DNA of 64,000 nucleotides from Octopus sinensis (taxonomy: Eukaryota): the NCBI RefSeq assembly GCF_006345805.1, contig NC_043004.1, positions 15,934,001 through 15,998,000 of the forward strand. Direction: 5' to 3'. The notes below the pieces were generated by a model. It was not told where the DNA came from. It was given only the letters and a program-made list of their open reading frames with translations, and did no database searches. Position numbers and translations under genes: made by a program. This document shows positions 37,235 to 51,797 of the stretch, piece after piece; within the stretch, counting starts at the first letter, position 1; every line of letters begins with the position of its first letter.

Positions 37235-38024
37235 CACAGTGTAATAGGGTCAGATGGACAACGTCTGTTAGAGAAAGAGCACTATGACGCAATTCACTCT
37301 GTCAGAAATTTGGAAACGTGATGCTGTACTGCTTGGCATTCGCGGCGGAAGCTCCAATACGAACGTTTCAGAGTATTTGGTATGAGGACAGCGCAATCTA
37401 AGGACATGTGCAGAGAGTAATAAAAATCAGAATCCACTCAACATCCTTGTGTTTGGAGTCATCACTAGAGATGGCGACATTATGCTTACATTCATCTTCA
37501 CACACGGCCTAAAATTCAACACGGAGACCTACGTCAAGTACCTGGTGGAGGTAGTGCCGCCTTGGGTCAAGACCGTTGCTGCTGGAAGACCCTATGTCTG
37601 GCAACATGACTCTGCACCACGATACAGAAGCAGAAGCCAGTCATGGCTGTCAGACAATGTCTACGACCACATCACCCCTAACATCAGGTCACCTAACTTT
37701 CCAAACTGCAACCTTCTTGATTATTATGTAGGGAGATGTTGAGCGAGAGATAAAAAAAAGTCCTTTGTAACACCAAAGATGAACTTAAGGCATTATGATA
37801 GCATTCCGCAACTTAAAGAGGGAGACCGTCAAGAAGAGCTACAGGATATTCCGAAGTCCTCTGAAGGCCGTGATTGAAGCCAATCGCGATTTTATTGACT
37901 AAATTTACTCTAGAATTTCAAGATACATTTATGTAATTTTGGTTAAATATATCTCTTAAAATGAGATGTCAGTGTTATTTGTATTTTTGCTTAATTCAGA
38001 CGACAGTTTATTCACCGCACTCTG
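37235..38024 (+). mobile_element. Internally deleted Tc1/mariner-superfamily element (maT/DD37D-like)
   Basis: VFGVITRDGDIM..FIF.HGLKFNTETYVKYL..VV.PWV..VAAGRPYVWQHDSAP...PN.PNCNLLDYYV. There are 36 residues between the last two catalytic D positions in this copy. TA flanks both ends (37233-34, 38025-26) and TIRs are degenerate (CACAGTG.. vs CAGAGTG..). Confidence 0.75.
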
Positions 38025-38034
38025 TATATATATA

Positions 38035-38200
38035 CATAAAACGACTGGCTCCATTCAGTTTCCGTCTACCATCTATTCATAAGGACTTGTCGCACATGGG
38101 CTATAGCAAAAGACACTTGCCCAAGGTTCCGTGGTGGAACTTAAGGAGGAGTCATGCAGATTTTGAAGCAAATTTCTTACTATATTCTTATGTCTGTACC
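38035..38200 (-). mobile_element. tRNA-derived SINE head fragment
   Basis: CGAC..GCT.CATTCAGTTTCCGTCTACC...GGCTATAG.A.AAGACACTTGCCCAAGGT.CC matches the 41270-41400 head. Confidence 0.6.
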
Positions 38201-38307
38201 CATATAAATTTGTCATAAAAGCGCAACATTCCGGAAGAAAGATATTCGATCAGGAGAACATTCGACGTGTCTTTTTTTTTCTTTATTATCTCATTTGAAT
38301 TCCGCAA

Positions 38308-39095
38308 TCTATATATATAAAACTGTAGTTGTGTGAGTGTCTGTCCCCTTCGATTTAGATTCCTAACTACTCCCACATTTTGCGGTGCAGTTTAACCAAA
38401 ACCGGGTATCTTATAGTCGTGATTCATATCGGACTCTTCTGGGTATTAGCGCGCGTCTACGATGAGTCTACGATTTTAAAAATAATTTACCATCATTTTT
38501 TTCCATTTTCATGCATATTTTTTTAAAGGGAAGTAACTCTCTAAAAATGTCTACGATGAGTCAACGATTTAAAAAAAAATTTACCATCATATTTTTTCCA
38601 TTTTTAATGCATTTTTTTGCTATTTTTTGGCTATAACTCTCTAAAAATGTCTACGATGAGTCAACGATTTAAAAAAAAATTTACCATCATATTTTTTCCA
38701 TTTTTAATGCATTTTTTTGCTATTTTTTGGCTATAACTCTCTAAAAATGTCTACGATGAGTCAACGATTTAAAAAAAAATTTACCATCATATTTTTTCCA
38801 TTTTTAATGCATTTTTTTGCTATTTTTTGGCTATAACTCTCTAAAAATGTCTACGATGAGTCAACGATTTAAAAAAAAATTTACCATCATATTTTTTCCA
38901 TTTTCATGCATATTTTTTTAAAGGGAAGTAACTCTCTAAAAATGTCTACGATGAGTCAACGATTTAAAAAAAAATTTACCATCATATTTTTTCCATTTTT
39001 AATGCATTTTTTTGCTATTTTTTGGCTATAACTCTCTAAAAATGCAGTATAGTCGTTTCCTTACAAACCCGAGCAACGCCGGGCGATACTGCTAG
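38308..39095 (+). mobile_element. 788-bp non-autonomous Helitron
   Basis: Starts A|TCTATATATATAAAAC and ends with hairpin CCCGAGCAACGCCGGG (39068-39083) then CTAG|T. It sits between A and T with no TSD. Confidence 0.9.
38453..39044 (+). repeat. Minisatellite inside the Helitron: six ~95-100-bp units of two types
   Basis: CTAAAAATG recurs at 38541, 38641, 38741, 38841, 38936 and 39036. Units end either ..CATGCATATTTTTTTAAAGGGAAGTAACT (A) or ..AATGCATTTTTTTGCTATTTTTTGGCTATAACT (B). Order is A-B-B-B-A-B. Confidence 0.95.
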
Positions 39096-41033
39096 TATGA
39101 TATATCACAAAGCTTTCCATCCGCCATTTTAACAACTTTTCAAAATAACTGCCTTCTATAAGTTGATTGCGATATAAAAATATGCAAGCCGATGTACATT
39201 GGAGGAAAATGTCACAGAGAGGAAAATATTTGTTTGAATAGGACTCAGTCACTCGGCGAATGATATACCTAGACTCTGCCACTCAGAGTGTGTCTTAAGA
39301 AACCCAGAAGGTCAGAAAGAGCAAGAATATATTTTCTTCACTAGGCATGATTGTTTGCATTCTCTTAATGCAATAAGCAATAATGTTAACCCACTGGTCA
39401 ATAGCTCTCACTTTTCAATTGTCTTGTTTCACAATGAGTAATTGTAAATGATAACATGCATCGTACAGTAAACAATTGCTTGCAATGCTTGTCGGATGAA
39501 GTATGACTTCCTTCAATAATTCCGCGAACAGTCGGACATATTGAAGACAAATTTGTTAGTGTGAAAATATCAGAAATCTAGCATTATCATTGAACGTATT
39601 GTAGTACAAATCTGAATTAATCAAATGTATTTTGCTGTTTTTTGTAGTAAAAATGTAGTGGTAGTTGTTTTCTATCTTAAGATGTCGTGTACAACTCCGA
39701 AGTGTAGCTACTTTATATGAACGGCCGTATTTTTCTTACATATTCTGCTTCTTTGACTGCTCTGAATCAATTGCCTTTGATCAGTCCAACATTCTTACTC
39801 AAGTTAATGTTAGAAATCATTTTATGCTAATGATGTCATGTGGCAGAAACGGTGTACGCAAACGAAAACATATCATGCATTATTTACTTACAAGTAATTA
39901 TCATATCGACAGGAGTCTTACCATATTTTGGTCTTCCTGTGGTCGATAAAACACTAAACAGAATGTACTTAATGCATTCGTCTCTACCCGCGAAATTTTG
40001 CCTCATTCCACAGTTAAAACGACTATTATTATTAAATTATGAACACTATTGCGAAAGTCCGAACACTGGAGTAAAATGTTAGGTGACTTTATAAATAGTT
40101 TCAGAATTGATTTCTCTTCTTTGATGTTAAATAACAATTCCCATTAGAAATTATGAACTAGTATCACCTTCGTTCTTATTAATTATTAATATCCAAGAAA
40201 TATATTACTGAGATGTTATGCAAATGAAAAATGATTCATACGACATTCGGATTCACTTCAACATTATTGTTATTTAATAAATTGTTTTCATATTTACTGA
40301 AAGCCTCCTTTTATTTATATTCAGGCATAATCATATACGAGATTTATGCATATATTGAAAACTAGATTCTATGGAAATTAGATGTATTTATATATTCGTA
40401 ATATACTTGATATCACTATATCTTAATCCAAACATAAACTGAATCTTTTCTCGACTGAATTAATTTTCTATCATTATTTGTAACCCAAGATGACAGCCCA
40501 TATTAATGTGAATTAAATTTCCTTCGTGTTTAAATTCCCACCATTTGAAGTGATAATATATAATTAAATAAATCAAGAGTACCATTTATTAAGGGCAACG
40601 ATTTAAGATATTCAAACCCGTATTTTTAAGCTAATACTTGTAAATCATAATCATATTATTTCTAATGTAAACACAACACCAGCAGTTTGGGAAATGTTTA
40701 TATTGATTAATAGCCCCGAGTACTTGTTAAATTATTTTCAAGACGAAGAAATCTAAGGTTTTCTCAGTGGTATTATATTAAACAATATCGCTGATTGGAA
40801 AGAATTTCTAATGATTAAGTCTATCCACTACATTAATCATTTACTGATAATATTTTGAGCCATAACTTCATAATATTCTAGTTTTACCGAATGAATTATA
40901 CTCAGTGGGATATAACAAAAAACTTTCACGTTTTAATATGAAGTTGATGACAAGGAGCAAAATTCATTAAGAGATTTGATGTTTGTAGCAGGGTAAGTTT
41001 CTTACATGATGTAACTAATAAATAAGATACTCT

Positions 41034-41225
41034 TCTACTCTTTTACTTGTTTCAGTCATTTGACTGTGGCCATGCTGAAGCACCGCCTTTAGTCGGGCAA
41101 TTCGACCCCAGGACAGTATTTGTAAGCCTAGTACTTATTCTACTGGTCTCTTTTGCCGAACCGCTAAGTTACGCGGACGTAAACACACCAACATCAGTTG
41201 TCAACACAGACACACACACACAAAC

Positions 41226-41268
<43 letters not shown>

Positions 41269-41434
41269 TACGACGGGATTCTTTTCAGTTTCCGTCTACA
41301 AATCCACTCACAAAGCTTTGGTCGGACCGAGGCTATAGTAGATGACTCTTGCCCAGGGTGCCACGCAGTTGTACTGAACCCGGAATTATGTGGTTGGTAA
41401 GCAAGGTACTTGCCACATAGCCACTCCTGCAGCC
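41034..41434 (-). mobile_element. Full-length bipartite tRNA-derived SINE with internal microsatellite
   Basis: Reverse-complement match to 32019-32410, with a (CA)/(TA) tract at ~41205-41270. Confidence 0.85.
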
Positions 41435-41499
41435 ATCAAAGAAATTTGGTAACAAAAAATGCTTCGTCCAGATTAATCCAGAACGAATATAAGACCAGT

Positions 41500-41632
41500 T
41501 TCCCCGGAATATATAGTCCTACCTGCACGGGACACCGGTCCGTCGTAAGGTTACTTATGTTTACCAGTTGAGTGGACTGGAGCAACGTGAAACGAAGTGT
41601 TTTGTTCATGAGGACAGCTCCTCGTCCGGTCG
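41500..41632 (-). mobile_element. SINE fragment of another family
   Basis: TTTACCAGTTGAGTGGACTGGAGCAACGTGAAACGAAGTGTTTTGTTCATGAGGACA resembles the AAGTGTCTTGCTCAAGGACAC motif recalled as common downstream of SINE tRNA heads. Confidence 0.5.
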
Positions 41633-42541
41633 ACAAATTAAAAACACAAGCTTACGATCATAAATCCAACACACAAATTGCCACGCCATACGTCTCCACA
41701 TAGAAATAAATTATAGAAGTAGATAATTAATGAAATGCCAGAAGGGGTGTTGTTTTAACGCAATGTAATCTAGAGAAGGACGTTCAGTAAAAGAAAAGCC
41801 TAAGTTAATTCATGCCTTAAATATGTACTTAGATATTTATTTTCATATTTATATTGGTACTTTAGGTGTATTGTTCTCAGAAATTGCAATTCGAACAATA
41901 CTTTCGAATTCAATTATATTCAAGGCAAATCCAGCATCTGCTCAAAAACTATCGATTTTATAATGTATATGTGTGCGCGCGTGTACGTATGTATGTATGT
42001 GTGTGTTTTTGTGTGCGTGTGTGCATGTGTGCTCCCGCGCGTTTTTTGCGTGTGTATGTTAGTTAAATACTTGCTGAAGTACTTGGAAAAAAGCCGCGAG
42101 CTAGTATTTTAGTGGTAAATACATTAACAGCTTCGGCAACGCCCAAGGCGTGTCCATTTCTAGTTTGATTTCCGATTGCATCTTAATATTGGGGGAATTC
42201 TAAATGCAGCACCATATTATTTACTCCCCAATTATCGAAAGATTTGAACTGTGATATACTTGTAAGACCTTATAACCCATATACTTTTCAAAAATAGGAA
42301 AAATATCATAACTGATACATGACACAATTATAGATGCATCCAATTCATGAACTGGTATTATATTTGTTATACTCGAAAATGCTTGAGTTACATACAACTA
42401 CGTCTGTCTCTGAAAGTGCGTACGTGTGGATGGGTATTGAATATATATGTGTATGTATATATATACATAAATATTTGTGTGGATGTGTGAATGTGGAAAA
42501 ATATGTGCCTGCGTGCCTGCATATATGCATATTTATAACTG

Positions 42542-42613
<72 letters not shown>

Positions 42614-42789
42614 CCTGAGTGTTGTGTGGGATGTGTGTGTGTGTGTGTGCATTTATGCATGTATTTTCGATCGAAATATCATATTGGTGACTCATTTCTT
42701 AGCTAAATAAACTCTTAAAAAATACACTATCCATTTATGTACTACTCACACGGAGGCCGTGTACATGGTTCCAATTCTTTTTATACAAA

Positions 42790-42950
42790 TACGGTTTGAG
42801 TTCAAATTCCGCCGAGGTCGACTTTGCTTTTCATTCTTTCGGGTTCGATAAATTTAGTACCAGTTGCGTACTGAGGTTGATCTAATCAACTGCTGCCCCC
42901 ACCAAAAAAAAGAATTTCGTGCCTTGAGCCTAGTGTAGAAAAGAATATTT
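42790..42950 (+). mobile_element. SINE (Meta-domain-like family), 5'-truncated
   Basis: GAGTTCAAATTCCGCCGAGGTCGACTTTGCTTTTCATTCTTTCGGGTTCGATAAATTTAGTACCAG...GCCTAGTGTAGAAAAG. Confidence 0.75.
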
Positions 42951-43738
42951 GCTTTTACAATCTTGGCACACGTGCAAAAAATCGAACGTGGTTTTTGTTA
43001 ATGACATATTATTGTTGACATTTTTTTCCATCATATAACACCGTTTAGCATTATACGAAATATATATTTTCGCTGCTTGCTGTTTGGTAATTCCTCGTTA
43101 AATATTATTACATGTATTTATAATGATTCCTCATCAAAGAGCCCACTGTGTCTTTTACATTGGTTTCAACTACCAGTTACACTTCCGCGAATCGTAAACC
43201 TCTGATATTTTCGAGTTATTATTGTAAAGTAACCCGAAATCTACGATGACCCAATCAAATTTATTATTGATCATCGTTTAATATTCGTTTAATATTGAGA
43301 GTGAACACGTCCTACATCTTCTAGTCAGTTTGAAAGTTTAGAGAATCCTATTCAAAATGATTTGTCAGTTTGACTGCTATAACTTTTCACTTCAAAGTTA
43401 TATGGTCGGTATAGCATATATGGATAACCCGTTGTTTTACTAAAACATATGCCATCGAGTAGCTGGGTATCAATGTTGAACAAATAACTCAAAGGAGGAG
43501 TTTTCAGATTCTACACTTAAAACTTTTCACTTGATTATACCGCGATCTTTTCTCTAAAATATAACATATCTGCAAGGTGCGTTTTTTATGAATTTCCAAG
43601 ATGACTAATACTATCAAGTCAGTCCTATCTAATGATCGCAGCATGACTACATTAAATTATTAAATTATTCCTCTGTTTTATGTATAATCCAAAACATTAT
43701 CACCAACTAACAAGAGATGCTCACTTTCATGAATGAGA

Positions 43739-43769
<31 letters not shown>

Positions 43770-43929
43770 TGTGATGTCCTGTTATTGTTATTTTATTACT
43801 ATTATTATTATTGTTTCGATGTATTATTATTATTCTTTTTACGTAATATTTTTGTATTCATATTCGTGTAACATCATCCGTTTTCCGTCTTTGTTTTCGA
43901 AGCTCTTCCAAGGAATCTAATGCACTTAC

Positions 43930-44285
<356 letters not shown>

Positions 44286-44366
44286 TTCGTTGGTTGAGTA
44301 CGGAGTAATCCAAAACCTTATCACCAACTAAAAAGATACACTCACTTTCATGCATGAGAATATTAT

Positions 44367-44416
<50 letters not shown>

Positions 44417-44424
44417 ATTTGTAA

Positions 44425-45694
44425 AAAAGAAGTTTGAGTAAAGAGTAAGCAACGTTTTAAACCATCATGAATACACGTACCGGAATTTTGGTGATTTTTG
44501 AAATTTTTAAAAACATTCTTTTGAAATTGTCTGATAATAGAGACATAGACTTGCCCAAATGCATCAATTAATTAATACTGATATATTTTGTACCCTTGTT
44601 AGAATCATCTGAAATGGAACTGTCACACCGCGATACTCGAGCAAGTTTGCTATTCAGCTTCTAAAAGGAGAGAAATCAGCTGAAATTACTCGAGGTATCA
44701 ACGAAACGTTTTATGAGGAACTTACCAGTGAGTAGTCAGCTCGAAAATGGTTTAAACGATTTCGCAGTGTAGGTTTGTGTTCTGGGCGTCGTGGACGCCC
44801 ATCTGACATCGATGACGGTCAATTAAAGACCGTCGTTAAGAAAGATCCACGTAAGCGCACTCGAGAACTGACAAAAGAACTTCAAGTTAGCCGGAAATCT
44901 GCCTGCAACAATACGCATACGATCAGAAGACCCAACAAGTACGACAAATGGGTACCATACGGTTTGAATGGAAATCGGAAAATGCGCAGATATGAAATTT
45001 GCTCGTCGCTTCTTCTCCTCAGCCAAACCGACCCGAGTCTCGACCGTATTGTGAATTGCGATGAAAAGTGGATTTTATATAGTAATAAAAAACGTTCTTT
45101 GCAATGTTCGGACCGAAAGGAAACACCGAGAAACTTCTCGAAATTTCGAGCTCTTCAAACAGAAGGCTATAGTGACTGTTTGGTGGTGTACTATAGACCG
45201 GTCTACTATAACTTCTTAAAACTCGGAAAAACTATTCCTGCAGAAACATATTGCCATGAAATCACCAAAGTAAATGAGCAACTGCTACTCCTCCGCCCCA
45301 GACTGCTCAACAGAAGAGGGCCAATCATTCTTCATGACACACGTTTCACTGATGACGCCCCATATGTAAAGGGAACTTGGCTACAAACTTCTTCCCCAAC
45401 CAGTTTATTCCTAAAATCTTTCTCCTATTGATTCCTCCTTTTCCAAGCACCTTGATGGCTTCCTGCGAGAGAAGGCGTTCAAAAATCAAACCGATGCTGA
45501 AAGTGCGTTCAAAGAGTTAATCAGTTCCAGAACTTCACGTTTTTATGTTGCTGGATAAAGAAGCTTGTAACTCGTTGGCAAAAATGTGGTGATTGTAATG
45601 GTACATACTTTAATGGATAATATTTCCTCATAGTTGAAATATATTGTGATAAATTTCATATTTCATGTTGCTTACTTTTTTCTTCCGCCTCATA
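44425..45694 (+). mobile_element. Degenerate near-full-length mariner element (~1.27 kb)
   Basis: Partial TIRs (AGTAAGCAAC at ~44444-44453 vs GTTGCTTACT at ~45667-45676) enclose a transposase pseudogene. Confidence 0.85.
44614..45620 (+). pseudogene. mariner DD34D-type transposase pseudogene
   Basis: KWFKRFR, RGRPSDIDD..LK..V..DP, KWVPYGL (WVPHEL), DRIVNCDEKWILY, TETYC-like AETYC, PIILHD with the following NARPH deleted, YS*NLSPID (YSPDLAPSD), RWQKCGDCNGTYF. Contains stops and frameshifts. Confidence 0.9.
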
Positions 45695-46797
45695 CATACA
45701 TTTGCACAAGAAACATTTTGAACAGCCTTAGAGTACATCTGCGAATAAAAATAGCTATAATCAGCAACAAATTCATACTTGATGTACTTCTCGAGTGTAG
45801 TGTCTTATATTGGCATCATTGACAATAAAAAAAATGTAGAACTTTACTACATATATTCTTGTGTAATTTGTACAACTTATTAGATTTCGTTACAAATATA
45901 TATATTTTCCACATTCTAGCCGTGCATGAAGTCGCACACTTTTATAGAGCAAAATACTATTGCGATTTAGTGAAATCAGTTTAAATTCACGTTCTGATGC
46001 ATTTCTATTAATAAACGTTCTAGAATATTTCTTTTGTAAACGGTTTAACTTCTTGTTGCAGTGTGTGTGATAGTAAGAGTGTGGTTAACTGTATGTAGAT
46101 GTATGTGTACGTGATGTATCAACATGCTGAGGAAGAGAGACAGCTCCTGAGAACGAGAACAAGTCTAGCGTTATTTGTTCAAAATTATTTCGCTTGTGAG
46201 AAACTGTAATGCTAGGAGGTCAATCATACAACATATGTACTGAGTAATTTCAGTAATTGTTTTCATCCTTTTATTATGCATTTCCGAAATAGTAATGGGA
46301 AGAATTTTAAATACATTTATTCCAATTCGCTTCATCAGAAATATAATGTTCGTGTATGCGTTTTAAGGAAGCTGTCAGTGGCCATTTGCTAACTACAAGG
46401 ATGCTGTCAGCAGCTTTTCGTTGGAGTTGTAATCAGGAAACATTTTGACCTTTCGTTTTAATGCTCACAGCAACAATGAATAGAAGATTAGTGTAAGAGA
46501 ATTGTGGTGTAATTCACAATTTTCAGTTCCATTTAATTGGTTTCTATGAAATGAAATAAATTGTATGGTGTGTTCATAAAATATCAATTATGTGATTACT
46601 TTATAATACGTTATATTCAATATACGTCATATATTTTAAACCTACGTTTGCTTCTAAATACTGAGAGCTTACAGACATCGTAAGCGTGTGTGTCTCTATG
46701 CGTATGTATATGCTTGGATGGATGGATGTATAAAAATGTATGCATATATTCACAAAATTGCACACAAAAATAACATATACATACAAACATACATACA

Positions 46798-46861
<64 letters not shown>

Positions 46862-49800
46862 ATATAAAACATTTAAATAATGAGGGAGATAAATTGAATA
46901 TGAATTTAATTAATATAAATTTAAAACCAGTAGCCTAGCATACAAAGATCTGAAAATCAGAGGAAATTCTAATACATATGTATATTTAAAGGGCTAAAAA
47001 CCACTATGTGGACAGCTATATGCTAGAAGTAGATCACCTACGATCAAACTACAAAGAAAGAATGTTCTCTAGAGAAAAATTCAGCGGACACCAGAATAAT
47101 ATGCGGCAAGACAGATGAAAATTATATAAAAAACAAGAATTAATCGCAAACCGGCTATTAACGAATAAATCATATATACAAAGTCGATAAATCAATTTAC
47201 ATTTCTTTAATGAAGATAATAATTACGGTGATTTAAAGCATTTTCCGACAGGCAATGAATTGTAAGAGTTCCACAAATGTTTATAGTATGTCTTCTTTGT
47301 CACGTAATGCAAGGAAATAGTCTGAAAGAAAGCTATCAAGCCATGGGACAATATTAAGGGCTTTTTAATTCATTCAAGTACTTTTATAAATCTTAGGTAC
47401 TCAGATGTGTATGACAATTTTTCTTAATAGAGCTAATTCCAAATATTCTTGTTTTATCTTTGAACCTTTATCTTATATGACAATACATTTCACTATGTTC
47501 TGTTCATTTACCACCTTAATTATTTATTCGCTGGAAGATAGTCGACAGTTTTATTTATGAAAATTATGTCAGAACTTAGTTTGCTACAAGCGTTGCCCTT
47601 TCTATTTGCTTTAATGTAGGGCTGTAGCTAATGGGGGTCAAGATATCTCGAGCTTGTATACCTATTTATGAAGTACCATAATTATTCATCAAGGCATTGT
47701 TGATGCACAATTCTGTAATTACACGCCATTCTCTAGGCGCTATCTGATTTGGTTATAAACAAATATAAGTAGCCAAACCGCTAAAATCGATTTGCAGCAG
47801 CCATGATAGTCAATTGCCTTTAGAAATCTCATTAAACTAGACTGCATGCGAGAAAACGCCTAAGAAAAGTCAGCTCAGGTTACAGCACACAAATAGAAAC
47901 AGCAAGCATTGCCTGCAATCATGAAACGGTAACACTGGTAGTCAAATGAATCAATGTATTCAAACGAAATAGATTCATTGACGAAAGTCCCATGCAGCAA
48001 CGATCTGATATCTACAAAATGTATATAGTTAAACTCCATCGTTCTGACACAAACGAAACGGCACCTCTATTATTTGTGGGTTCATAAAATCTTCCATTAG
48101 CCTGTTCAGTCGCAGTATGTCACGAAATGGGATCATTGCAGCTAACGTTTTCTCGTCTCAGAGTCTATATCATAAATTCTTGTCAAATTGTTTCCGCGCC
48201 ATTTGTGATGTTTTTACGTCAATATAATCCTTTTCTTCGTTTTGGAAAGACCACTCCATGCAGAGAATACCCTAATTTATCTTTCCGTAAGGTGACATAT
48301 TTATGACATTAACGCCTGTAGATATGTCTAAGGACTAGAATTTCGACGCAACAAACAACAGAATCTACATCAATGGGAACCTGCTAAAGCGTACATAGGC
48401 ATCGCATAAACATTCGCTAAGATCACTAATCTTCAAAATGTCCATAACACGTCACATGTGATCTATTATTATATTAACAAAAGGTTGTCTCAGAAGTGAA
48501 TCTTCCATTTCGGGTTCAAAAAACAGTTCCATCACTAAAAAATTAATTACCTATCTTTAACGCAATGTAGCTACAATAAAAATGCTTGACTCTCGTCTGA
48601 ATGAGAATGATGCTGATATTGTTTCAACATTCTAAATAACATTCTGAAAATCCCAGCCAAGAGATTAGTCGATGTATGTTAGAATTCTAGCTTATCGACC
48701 CAATATATCACATATTTCTCGTTACGGCAATGGGTTTTTCTCCTCTAAAAACACCCCAAATTTGCCCTCCTATAAAACATTGTCATCATATCATGTGTGG
48801 TGTCGCTCTGTAAACGAAATCTTAACTGATTCTTTCCAAAATTGCACACCTATTGAATTATATAGTATCTCATAATTACCTAGATACTAGAAACGTAGAG
48901 AATTACAACTGCATCCGATTGACCTTCGAGTAAGTATTTCTTGTGTATATTGGAGAGAGGGAGAATAAGAAAGGGAGGCACAAGAGAGTGCGACAAGATA
49001 GGCATATGCATATTTTAATGAAATATATGCGTGTTTATCTATAACAGAGATAAGTTAGTTATCTCATCATTATTTGCCTTGTTAGTTATTCAATTATTTG
49101 CTTGGCTTGCAAGTTAGGTAGTAATATATTTATTGAGTTGACTGGTTAGTTACGGAGTTATGTATTTCATTAGATGCACATACTACTTTCATTTTTTTCG
49201 GGGGTGGGGTGTGTAGCTTAATATGGTATAAGAAAGAGTATGTCTATGAACAGCATTCTCACTTTCGTGGTATTCGCAAATATATCATCGTTTGATTATG
49301 TAATGACGAAGCAAATAAATTATATATAGCCAATTCATACCATCGGTGGAAGCAACATCATATTTCATAAATATATCGTGCTGATAAACGGATATAAATG
49401 AAAAGTCTCTGGCGTGTTTAACTTTGCCTCTCCCTCTGTATTCTTATTCTTCAATATATCCCCTCCGTACAGTATTATACATTGGTTCTCAACGATTGAA
49501 TGGTTTTTCTTTTGTTTTTTTTTTCTTTTTTCGTTTGTCTTTTTCTTTCTCCTTCTCTGTTCTTGCATCATTTTCTCTATATTTACTTTTCCTTCTTTCC
49601 CATTATTTCTCCATCTATTGATTTTTATCCCCTGTAAATCTATTCATCTTTGCGTATTTTCATCCCCAAATCTCTCTGCTGCATATATCTCAGTGACAGC
49701 TTTTATTTCTATTTCTCTTCCATAGTTGTTTTATTTATTGATTTATTTGTTTATTTATTTAGTTATTTATTATATTTATTATATTTATTATATTTCTGCA

Positions 49801-51424
49801 TATTTATTTTTCCCTGGTTTGATTCCTCTGATTTGTAAGCTAAACATTTTCGGTTTATATTTTTCTTTTTGCAATATCTACATCAGTAAATGTTTTGTAT
49901 TTCTATTTCATAATTTATGTATTACACAGCCACTTTTTCTTTAAAAAAAAAGACACCTATCCTCAATAAACAGGCAATAAGTCGATATATTGTCGGAAAG
50001 TACATTCGGGAGACCTATCATAAATATGTAGATTCAATATAACATTTATCAGTCGTAGTGGTTCTGTAGATTTAATAAAAATTACACCAAACAGTTTCTA
50101 GAGTATTATTAAGCTAAATATATAATTGATTTGCGTTATATTTTAACCCGTATTTCAGTAAGAAATAATACATGTAATTGTTATATAGTATATCATTATT
50201 AAGTCTTTCCGCTAATAATATTAATTTATACTTTTGATACTGAAAGGTACAGCAGTTATTTAAGTATGTTTGCAATTCACGTCCTCATTCATTTTTACCA
50301 TTTTTGTCTTTTTCGTGAAACATCAAATGATAATCAAAGTCTGAGGAAACTAATTACTATTTCGAGGGACGTAATTTAATATCAAAGGTGCTTTGCTCCA
50401 GTATAACATGAAATGACCCTTGGCATTATTTGTGCGAAAGCTTTCTAATATATTAATCAAGAGAATGATTTATGGTTACACTACAAATTGAAAAATCCCT
50501 ATTAACATCTTTGATTTTACGCTCTGAGCAACAACCAACATACTAACACCGAAAATTCTAAATACATATTCGATACCATACAGCCATATTTTTATCAAAT
50601 ACGAATAAATATGCATGAATTCAAGTATGCACTGTTTATCTATATTCAACATTCGAAGTTCTCATAACAATATTGAAAATAAGCATAAATACAGTAAAGA
50701 GAGTTTTCATTGACGTTACGCTTCATCAGCTTCGTGCATCTCTACTGTTCCAAAGATGATGATCGCCCGTCAGGAGAAAGTTGTTAAAGGTCATGAATGT
50801 GAAATCTAGAATATATGATATTCATTCTTTAGAAACACATGCTGAAATACATAAATATATTACGCTTGATAGAATGTATAACTTATATACTATGATTACA
50901 CAAATCAAACTATGCGTATTTTAGGCCTTTTTCGATATATATTCTTAAGGATAAGGTGTGATTTGAGGATAGCACCTTTTCCATTTCTATGAAATCGCTT
51001 TCCTACCTACGTTATACTCTTGGAACCCTCTCTCGATTGCTTTCTTGGTTCTTGCTATAGATCTGGCATAATAATAGACATAATCGAAAGTAGTTTTGAA
51101 CAACGTTGTCCATTTAGCGCAATTCCTCATTTTATTATACAATGAATATCAAGGGCTGCATTTTCCGACAATCATTCACAATTTTTAGAACTCTGTGACC
51201 TTATTTTAGAGAATTTATAATTGCTGTAGGTGCCGTATATGCCCCGGAGATATATGCGGTGCAGAATTAGTTGCGGAATCAATTATCACACAAAAAATTG
51301 CTGCACAAAGCAGTTGACCTAATAACTTTTTCTTTTTTTTTAATCTTTTATCACTATAGTAGCTTCTTCAAAGAGCAAAGCAAAATTTATCGCATATTAC
51401 CAAGTTATCTGCCATCTTTTACAG

Positions 51425-51797
51425 GTTACAATCATTTGACTGCGGCCATCCTGGATCACGGCTTTGAAGGGACTTAGTTAAACAAATCCACCCTAGGATT
51501 TTATTTTTTTGAAGCTTAGCATTAATTTTTGGATTCTCTTTGGCTAAAACGCTAAGATACATGGATGTAAACACCCCAGCACCGGTTGTAAATCAGTGCT
51601 GGAAAATAAACACAGACATAAAGACACACATATATAGATACATGTATAACGGGTTTCTATCTACCAAGTCCACTCACAGAGCTTTGGTCGGCCCGAGGCT
51701 ATGTGAAGACACACGCCCAATGTGCCACGTAGTGGGACTGAACCCAGAACCACGTGGAACCAGCAAGCTTCTTTACACACAACCATGTCTGCGCCTA
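51425..51797 (-). mobile_element. Full-length bipartite tRNA-derived SINE
   Basis: CATTTGACTGCGGCCAT..CTAAGATAC..GGA.GTAAACACC; short (CA)/(TA) tract; head ...CACTCACAGAGCTTTGGTCGGCCCGAGGCTAT..GAAGACAC..GCCCAA.GTGCCACG.AGTGGGACTGAACCC. Confidence 0.8.

Noticed and set aside
38453-39044. Regular ~100-bp periodicity as a CRISPR array
   Set aside because: Whole units repeat with no unique spacers, it lies inside a Helitron, and the context is eukaryotic.
46290-46360. CTGATGA...GAAA on the minus strand as a hammerhead
   Set aside because: Stem I does not pair and stem II is out of register, so it is likely chance.
47800-48450. Unique-looking island with CRE/E-box-like words as a promoter or enhancer
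   Set aside because: Short motifs are expected by chance, and there is no gene or conservation evidence available here.
50700-50735. CTGATGA...GAAA on the minus strand as a hammerhead
   Set aside because: No stem II or stem I can be formed.
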